Below are positions 6,607 to 12,636 of a stretch of DNA of 13,943 nt, piece after piece. The position numbers and the translations under genes are program-made. A model generated the notes under the pieces. That model did no database searches. It was given only the letters and a program-made list of their open reading frames with translations, and had not been told where the DNA came from. Every line of letters starts with the position of its first letter. Within the stretch, counting starts at the first letter, position 1. Source of the stretch: a candidate division WOR-3 bacterium (GTDB lineage Bacteria > Hydrothermota > Tepidihabitantia > Tepidihabitantales > Tepidihabitantaceae); contig CBFGIY010000064.1 of assembly GCA_965648935.1 (NCBI GenBank), positions 1 through 13,943 of the forward strand. The letters run 5' to 3'.

Positions 6607-8478
6607 TCAGGGCCGGACCAGCACGATGCGGTCTGCGACTGACGGCTGACGAGTGTCGGTCGTCGCGCGGACGAAGTACACGCCGGGCGCGAGGCAGGAG
6701 AGGTCGTTGGGTCCGGGCCGCAGAGAGAGGACGCGGCGGCCGGTTGCGTCCAGGAGTGCGATGTCAGGCCGCAGGCTGGAGAAGCCAGGGGTCAGATTGA
6801 GAACCGACCGGACGATGGAGGCAGGCGGCGCGGTGCGCAAGGCGCCGGGCGGCAAGCCTTCTGCGATCCAGGTGCCGGCACCGAAGTCGGCATCGTCCCA
6901 GTACGCTGTGCCGCCGCGGCCCTCGGCCACGAGGAGGAGCCGGGCCGAAACGGTGTTGTTTGGTGCCTGCACCAGGCCGGTGGAGAGCCGGCGCCAGCCC
7001 AGCGTGTCCGTCACAAGCTCGGCCGAGACCGCCCGGCCCAGCGCGCTGCGCCGTGCGTCGTGCCACTCGACCTCAATCCGGCACCGGCTGATGCGACTGT
7101 CATTCTTGAGGGCCCAAGCCGAGTACTCGTACTGGCTGCCGGGCAGGGCGGCAACGTCCTGGTACAGCGCCGAGCGCACCGACTGCGGGTAGCCCAGCGT
7201 GTCGGGCCGGTGGCTGAGGCTTGCGGCTCCGGTGCGCACTGTCGCGGTCTCGCGCCGAAAGCGGGCCCGCCGGCCTTCATACCAGCCGACAGGGTTGGCC
7301 GAGGTGTCGGACGGCACGGCCAGCGTGTCCAGCCGCCACTGCTCAAAACCGCCGTTGGCAAAGTCGGTCAGGGGCCGGTTGAAGGTCTCGCGCAGGGCGT
7401 TCCAGAGCTCGGGTCGGGCGCCATCATAGCCCAGGGCCCACATCCCGGCACCGAGAAAGTCGTGCTCGTTGGCTTTGCCGTACTTCAGGACGAGACTGGT
7501 GTCGTCGTCAAACCAGCCCTGGCGCCAGCCGCCCGAGTTGTAGGCATACCAAGGTGCCTTGCCTTCATCGTTCCAGCGGTAGCCGTATGCCGCGGCCCGG
7601 CTGGCGGCTTCGCTGTACCAGTAGGCCTCGCCCGGCCCGGTGGTGCGCGAGCGCACCGTGTCGGCATAGGTCGGCCACTGGTAGCAGTACAGCGGCAGGC
7701 CAAGCCACAGCTTCGCGCCGTTGCCCAGCAGGCCGAGGTAGTAGTTTATCGCCATCTGCAGGTTGCCGTAGAAGGTCCAGCCGGCAAGCGGCGCGACCGG
7801 CCCGGCTTCGGGCCCGGCCAGCCAGTGAAAGTCGTAGCCCATTATGAACAGGCCGTCCGTGGTGTCGGCCAGCGCGGCAAGATTGTAGGCGTTGTCCTGG
7901 TTCAACGGCGGCGTGGCCAGGGTCAGATCAAGCCCGGCACTGCGGCAGGCGGCCGAGAGCCGCCGGACGAACAGCGTGAAGGTGTCGCGGTCGCCGTACC
8001 ACAGCCCCTCAAAGTCAATGTTGATGCCGTCCATCCCGGCCGAGTCGGCCAGCGCCACAAGATTGGGAATCGAGCCCGGGGCGCGGATCGCGCCGTGGAT
8101 GTTGGCCCAGTCAAAGCAGGTCGCCACCATCTCGACCTTGACCCCGTTGCGCCGGGCACGGTCAATCAGGGAGGCCCAGCGGCCCGGGAAGCCGTAGAGA
8201 TTGGTGATCGAGCCGTCCGGGTTGAGCGTGACGTCAAACAGCCCGATGCGGTCGAGCAGGTCATAGCGCAGCCAGCGCTCGTCGGCCCAGTAGGGCGCGT
8301 AGCCGTAGATTGAGCGAAGAAGCGTCGTCTCGGGCCGGGACACGGGCCGCGCGGGCACGCCGGAAAGCGCGGCCGGCCCGGACCAGTAGTACTCTGCGCC
8401 GCGGTGGCGCTCCGCCTCGGCCTGGTTGCCGATGCCGGAAACGGTCGCGGCGAACAGGGCCATGCCAAGCAGTAACAC
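6607..8478 (-). CDS. Secreted GH18-family glycoside hydrolase (chitinase/chitobiase/SleL-like) with a CBM4/9-like domain and variant CTD, 623 aa
   Basis: Catalytic motif DGINIDFE at 8031-8008. Other GH18 motifs are FIMGYDFH, LGLPLY and GAGMWALGYD. A FANGGFEQW...LYQDV...YSAW...YWDD jelly-roll segment follows. CTD spans 6607-6867. The start is GTG 8478, with ATG 8463 as an alternative. Confidence 0.88.
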   Translation of the reverse strand: MLLLGMALFAATVSGIGNQAEAERHRGAEYYWSGPAALSGVPARPVSRPETTLLRSIYGYAPYWADERWLRYDLLDRIGLFDVTLNPDGSITNLYGFPGRWASLIDRARRNGVKVEMVATCFDWANIHGAIRAPGSIPNLVALADSAGMDGINIDFEGLWYGDRDTFTLFVRRLSAACRSAGLDLTLATPPLNQDNAYNLAALADTTDGLFIMGYDFHWLAGPEAGPVAPLAGWTFYGNLQMAINYYLGLLGNGAKLWLGLPLYCYQWPTYADTVRSRTTGPGEAYWYSEAASRAAAYGYRWNDEGKAPWYAYNSGGWRQGWFDDDTSLVLKYGKANEHDFLGAGMWALGYDGARPELWNALRETFNRPLTDFANGGFEQWRLDTLAVPSDTSANPVGWYEGRRARFRRETATVRTGAASLSHRPDTLGYPQSVRSALYQDVAALPGSQYEYSAWALKNDSRISRCRIEVEWHDARRSALGRAVSAELVTDTLGWRRLSTGLVQAPNNTVSARLLLVAEGRGGTAYWDDADFGAGTWIAEGLPPGALRTAPPASIVRSVLNLTPGFSSLRPDIALLDATGRRVLSLRPGPNDLSCLAPGVYFVRATTDTRQPSVADRIVLVRP

Positions 8479-8485
8479 CGCAGTA

Positions 8486-8514
8486 ATTCTAGCCCGGCCC
8501 GGGACGCGGGTCTA
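8486..8514 (-). promoter_or_regulatory. Promoter TAGACC-N17-TAGAAT, 7 nt upstream of the GH18 GTG (probably leaderless)
   Basis: The minus strand has TAGACC at 8514-8509, a 17-nt spacer, TAGAAT at 8491-8486, then TACTGCG-GTG. No SD is visible. Confidence 0.5.
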
Positions 8515-8541
8515 GTTCGGCGTGCGGGCCGCGCCGGCGGC

Positions 8542-9366
8542 TCAGCGCACGAGCAGGACCCGGCGCGGGGGTGCCGACGCGTTCTCGCGCAGGAAGTACA
8601 CGCCCGGGGCGAGGCCGGAGAGGTCGTTAGTGCCGGGCCGAAGGACGAGGATGCGGCGGCCCGAAGCGTCGAGGAGAAAGCTCGAATGACGAAGCTCGAA
8701 TGACGAAACTGGAAGGTAGAGGACGTTGCGCACGACGGAAGCGGCCGGGGAAGGCGCCGCAGGCTCGACGTACAGGACCGGTTCGGCGAGGCTCGTGGTG
8801 ACGAAGCCGAAGCGGATGTGGTTGCCGGGCACGGTGTCGGCGAAGCCGCTGGTCGCGCTGTCGTCGTAGGCAAACAGGCGGCGGCGGTCGTGCTGGACCT
8901 CGCGCCGGTAGAGCGGGACGCTGACGCCGCCATCGCCGCGCCAGCGGATTTCAACAATCAGGTTCTTGGCGTTGTCGTACTGGAAATCGGCCGGCAGGGT
9001 GAACCACTCGTTCGCCGGCGCGCCGACCACGGTGTCGGCCGCGAAGCACTCGACCGGCGTGTTGCCGGCGTAGTTGGCCGCGAAGTCGTTCGCGAGCTGG
9101 TTCGTGTTGGTGTGGCAGAGCAGGAGCCGGACGTTGTTGTACGGGCCTGTCGCGCTCGATGCGGCCCTGAGACCGACCGAGACGATGCGGCCCGGCTGGC
9201 CGATGTCGGAAGCATAGTAGAGCCACTGGAGCCGAAACGCGTCATATGTCTGGCCCCAGAACGGCACAACATTGGAGCGGTCGGGCGTGCCGACCACGAC
9301 GTAGCTGGTGTCGGCGACCGCGGCGGTCGCGGCGGCGAGCAGGCAGAGGACCAGCGTTTGTTTCAT
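8542..9366 (-). CDS. Secreted protein of unknown function (single beta-sandwich-like domain) with variant CTD, 274 aa
   Basis: Start corrected to ATG at 9366, preceded by SD AGGAGG overlapping the upstream TAG. Signal peptide MKQTLVLCLLAAATAAVA. The passenger reads RLQWLYYASDIG...F.YDNAKNLIVEI. CTD spans 8542-8790. Confidence 0.85.
   Translation of the reverse strand: MKQTLVLCLLAAATAAVADTSYVVVGTPDRSNVVPFWGQTYDAFRLQWLYYASDIGQPGRIVSVGLRAASSATGPYNNVRLLLCHTNTNQLANDFAANYAGNTPVECFAADTVVGAPANEWFTLPADFQYDNAKNLIVEIRWRGDGGVSVPLYRREVQHDRRRLFAYDDSATSGFADTVPGNHIRFGFVTTSLAEPVLYVEPAAPSPAASVVRNVLYLPVSSFELRHSSFLLDASGRRILVLRPGTNDLSGLAPGVYFLRENASAPPRRVLLVR
8678..8707. repeat. Perfect 14-bp tandem repeat (AAGCTCGAATGACG x2) inside a CTD loop
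   Basis: 8678-8691 is identical to 8692-8705, followed by AA. On the coding strand it reads TTCGTCA TTCGAGC TTCGTCA TTCGAGC. Confidence 0.9.
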
Positions 9367-9376
9367 CGATATCCTC

Positions 9377-11065
9377 CTAGCGATATAAGATAACCCGCGA
9401 AGCTCCTGACTGACGACCGCTACCCGAGGAATGCACGAAGTAGACGCCGGGGGCAAGGTGGGAGACATCGTTGAGCCCGGGTCTGAGCGACATGCTGCGG
9501 CGGCCAGACGCGTCGACGAGGAACCTCGGATTGCGAAACTCGTACGGCGAAGCGGACAGGGCGAGCACATCGCAGACGACGGTGGCGGTTGGTCGCAAGC
9601 CGCGAACCGTTCGCCGCAAGCACTCGGCAACCGCGGCGGAAGGTTCGGTCACGGTCAGATACTGATTGGCTGCGACCGAAGTCAGCGACTGCACCGTCCC
9701 GGCGGGCCAGCGCACTTCAAGCGAGTCGACCACAACCGCATCGCCGAGGCCGAAGTGCGCGATGGCCGGTGACTGCGCGCTGTTGCCGCCGCCGGACTGC
9801 GCTGTCATCTCGCGCACCTGCCGCACCGTCCGGCCAGCGATGCGGGCGACCGCGCGCACGCGGGCGCCGATGCCTTCGCGATTCGATGTCGTGCCGACGA
9901 GGCGGACGGCGAGCCAGTTGCCGGTCCCGCCGTCGTTGTGGAATAGGATGTTGTTGCCGCCGAAGTAGTTGTTGCGGGCGCAGAACAGGTCGAGCCAGCC
10001 GTCGCGGTCGTAGTCGACCCAAGTGGAGCCCATGATGTAGTTGCCGCCGGCGACCACGACACCGGTGTCGATGGCCGTGAAGCTGCCCGCGCCGTCGTTT
10101 GAGTAGAGCCGGTTGGGGCCGTCGTACCCGCCGACAAAGAGGTCGAGGTCCGCGTCGTTGTCGAAGTCGCCCCATGCGCTGCCGCCTGACCACGTGGCGG
10201 CGTTCACCACCGGGCTGTCGGTTATCCTGGTGAACGAGCCGTCGCCGTTGTTGCGGTACAGCAGGTCGTTGTACATCCCGAGCACGCCGGTTGCGACGAA
10301 GAGGTCGAAGTCGCCGTCGTTGTCGAAGTCGGCCCAGCTCGCGCCGTTGCAGTTGGAGGTGTCGGACACAACCGGGTCGTTGGTGACCTTCGTGAACGCA
10401 GCGCCGTCGTTGCGGTACAGGCAGTTGGGCGACTGGACATTGGCGACGAACAAATCCAGGTCGCCGTCGCCGTCATAGTCGCACCAGGCGCAGCCGCTGC
10501 TGTTGGCGACGTCGGTGCCGATCGGACCGGTGGCGATGCGCGAGAAACTGCCGCCTTCGTTGTGGTAGAGGAAGTTGACCTGGTCGCGGTTACATACGAC
10601 CAGGTCGAGCAGCCCGTCCGAGTCATAGTCGGCCCAGGCCGCGCCGGTCGACCGTCCGCCATCGGTAACGACCCGGCCCGATGTCACCCGCGCGAAGCTG
10701 TCTGCGCCGCAGAGGTAGAGAAAGTTGTGCTCGTTGTAATTCGAAACGAACAAGTCGGGCCAGCCGTTGTTGTCGCAGTCTGCCCAGGTGCAGCCGTAGG
10801 AGCTGCCGCCGTCGGCCACGACCGGGCCGGTGACAACCTTGCTGAACGTGCCGTCGCCGTTGTTGCGGTAGAGGAGGTTGTTGCGGTTCTGCGCGGAGTT
10901 GTTGTTGGTGACAAAGAGGTCGGGGAAGCCGTCGCCGTTGTAGTCGGCCCAGGCACAGGCGTAGCACCAGCCGCCGTCGTTGACGATATCGCCGGTGGTG
11001 ACGCGCGTGAAGCCGGCAAGCGCCGCGGATGACAGCAGGGCCGTGAGCACCAGGCGACGCGCCAT
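9377..11065 (-). CDS. CRTAC1-family protein: FG-GAP/VCBS-like Ca-binding repeats, ASPIC/UnbV domain and variant CTD, 562 aa
   Basis: Signal peptide MARRLVLTALLSSAALA. Seven W(A/G/C/V)DxxxDGxxDLFV-type repeats with LYRNNGDGxF. The ASPIC/UnbV-like segment is NWLAVRLVGTTSNREGIGARV...HFGLGDA..VDSLEVRWPAG. CTD spans 9377-9631. Confidence 0.92.
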   Translation of the reverse strand: MARRLVLTALLSSAALAGFTRVTTGDIVNDGGWCYACAWADYNGDGFPDLFVTNNNSAQNRNNLLYRNNGDGTFSKVVTGPVVADGGSSYGCTWADCDNNGWPDLFVSNYNEHNFLYLCGADSFARVTSGRVVTDGGRSTGAAWADYDSDGLLDLVVCNRDQVNFLYHNEGGSFSRIATGPIGTDVANSSGCAWCDYDGDGDLDLFVANVQSPNCLYRNDGAAFTKVTNDPVVSDTSNCNGASWADFDNDGDFDLFVATGVLGMYNDLLYRNNGDGSFTRITDSPVVNAATWSGGSAWGDFDNDADLDLFVGGYDGPNRLYSNDGAGSFTAIDTGVVVAGGNYIMGSTWVDYDRDGWLDLFCARNNYFGGNNILFHNDGGTGNWLAVRLVGTTSNREGIGARVRAVARIAGRTVRQVREMTAQSGGGNSAQSPAIAHFGLGDAVVVDSLEVRWPAGTVQSLTSVAANQYLTVTEPSAAVAECLRRTVRGLRPTATVVCDVLALSASPYEFRNPRFLVDASGRRSMSLRPGLNDVSHLAPGVYFVHSSGSGRQSGASRVILYR

Positions 11066-12505
11066 CTATTTCAGAACAAGCACGCGGCCGCCAGGCTCTA
11101 CAAAGTAGACGCCCGGGGCGAGATGCGAAACATCGTTGGGGCCCGGCCGCAGGGCGAGGACGCGGCGGCCGGTAGCATCGACCAATGACGAATGACCGGG
11201 TCCGAATGACGAAACAGGCAGATTGAGGACGCCGCGAACGACGTTGGCGGCCAGCCGAGTGCCGTCAGCCGCTGGCCGTGAGCGCTCGGCCACCCATGTG
11301 CCGGGCGCGCCGCGGGCGTAGTAGATTTCGGCGTTGCCGGGCAGGTAGTCGGTCCAGACCGCGTGGACATCGTTGGGCGCAAAGGCACCGCCTGCCGCGA
11401 TGCTCGGGCGTTCCTTTGAGCCGCTGGTGTCGGTGACATTGAACGGCGCAGACCACGCGCCGGCCGGCGAGCGTTCCGCGTAGCGCACCTGGACAAGGGT
11501 CGGCCAGGACGGACTGCGGCCGTACCAGACCGCGTGGCCGCGGCCGTCGGGCGTGAAGACAATCTGTCCCAGGTCCTGGTTGAGCGTGTCGCCCGGTTCG
11601 GAGAGAGTGTCGGCCGGCTGCCAGCCGCCCGAGCTGCGCCAGGCGTGGACCGTGCGCCGGTAGTTGCCCGAGGTGTAGCACTGCCAGAGCACGTGCGGAT
11701 TGCCGGTGGCCGGGTTGATCGCGATTGACGGGTACATCTGGTGGCGGTCGCCGAACGAGACTTCCTCGGTCGGGCCCCAGGTCGTGCCGGTGCGCGACTT
11801 GTACCAGACGTCGTAGTAGCCGCTCGAGCCGGGCCGGCCGTACCAGCACAGGTGCAGCCGGTTGTCCGGGCCGCCGGCGATGGCCGGGTAGGCCTTGTAG
11901 CTCGCGCCGCCCTCGACCGTTACCGGGGCCTGCCAGACGGTGTCGATGCGCTCGGCGTGGACGACCGTCGCGTAGACGCCCTCGAGCCAGGCAGCGTGCA
12001 CCCGGCCATCGGGCGTGGCGGTCAGGGTCGGGCAGTTCTTGTCGACGGTCGGGGCGCTGGCCGAAAGCTGGCGCGAGACCGCTTCCCAGCCGCCGTTGCC
12101 CGAGTCGGTCGGCAGGCAGGACTTGGCGTAGATGTACTCGTCGGCATCGTCGGTGGAGCCGCCGGCCCAAGCGACCCAGACCCGGCCCGACGAGTCGACC
12201 GCGATGCACGAGTACTTGCTGTTCTGGTTGGCGGCAAGGCGGTCGGCCGAGATCAGCGTGTCGGCGGTCCAGCCGGCGGCCGGGGTCCAGCGCTTGTAGT
12301 AGACCTGGAACCTGTAGGTGCCGAGGCCGGAATTCATCGCGTACCAGGCGACGTGGACGCGGCCCTGCGGGTCGACCGCGATTCGGCGCTGGCAGCTCCA
12401 GTACGAGAAATCAGACCAGGTGTTGTCGGTCAAGCGCACTGCCGGGTCCCAGACTGTCGCTGAGGCAGCGGCGCAGAAGACGGCGGCCATCAAAGCCAGT
12501 TTCAC
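11066..12505 (-). CDS. Secreted BNR/sialidase-like beta-propeller repeat protein with variant CTD, 479 aa
   Basis: Start corrected to GTG at 12505, preceded by SD AAGGAGG, giving signal peptide MKLALMAAVFCAAASA. About seven 'PxIAxDxxGRVHVxW...VYY...xxW' repeats. CTD spans 11066-11293. Its stop TAG directly abuts the next ATG at 11065. Confidence 0.85.
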   Translation of the reverse strand: MKLALMAAVFCAAASATVWDPAVRLTDNTWSDFSYWSCQRRIAVDPQGRVHVAWYAMNSGLGTYRFQVYYKRWTPAAGWTADTLISADRLAANQNSKYSCIAVDSSGRVWVAWAGGSTDDADEYIYAKSCLPTDSGNGGWEAVSRQLSASAPTVDKNCPTLTATPDGRVHAAWLEGVYATVVHAERIDTVWQAPVTVEGGASYKAYPAIAGGPDNRLHLCWYGRPGSSGYYDVWYKSRTGTTWGPTEEVSFGDRHQMYPSIAINPATGNPHVLWQCYTSGNYRRTVHAWRSSGGWQPADTLSEPGDTLNQDLGQIVFTPDGRGHAVWYGRSPSWPTLVQVRYAERSPAGAWSAPFNVTDTSGSKERPSIAAGGAFAPNDVHAVWTDYLPGNAEIYYARGAPGTWVAERSRPAADGTRLAANVVRGVLNLPVSSFGPGHSSLVDATGRRVLALRPGPNDVSHLAPGVYFVEPGGRVLVLK

Positions 12506-12542
12506 GGTTGCCTCCTTGCGCCGGCGCGCCGGCGCACACAAG

Positions 12543-12570
12543 ACAATAGCCGCGCGCCGGGCCGCGTCAA
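12543..12570 (-). promoter_or_regulatory. sigma70-like promoter TTGACG-N16-TATTGT for the leftward three-gene operon
   Basis: The minus strand has TTGACG at 12570-12565, a 16-nt spacer, and TATTGT at 12548-12543. Confidence 0.65.
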
Positions 12571-12591
12571 CCGGTCGCGCGGGCCGCGAGG

Positions 12592-12619
12592 TTGACGCTC
12601 GGCGGGAAAGCCGTATAGT
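12592..12619 (+). promoter_or_regulatory. sigma70-like promoter TTGACG-N16-TATAGT for the Kelch gene
   Basis: TTGACG at 12592-12597, a 16-nt spacer, TATAGT at 12614-12619, SD AAGGAGG at 12626-12632, and ATG at 12637. Confidence 0.72.
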
Positions 12620-12636
12620 GCCTGCAAGGAGGACCA

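Noticed and set aside
1131..8313. Long antisense or alternative-frame ORFs (e.g. 1131..1940, 3336..4343, 5781..6800, 7060..8313) and the many Arg/Pro/Ala-rich short ORFs
   Set aside because: These are shadow ORFs expected from high GC and biased codon use. They have no recognisable motifs and lie over well-supported genes.
9367..9630. N-terminal extension (MPSACG...) of ORF 8542..9630
   Set aside because: It overlaps the CRTAC1 gene's CTD in another frame. A strong SD and signal peptide are at ATG 9366.
10231..10870. 27/28-nt match between 10231-10258 and 10843-10870
   Set aside because: It is explained by the repeated FG-GAP peptide YRNNGDG(S/T)F under strong codon bias.
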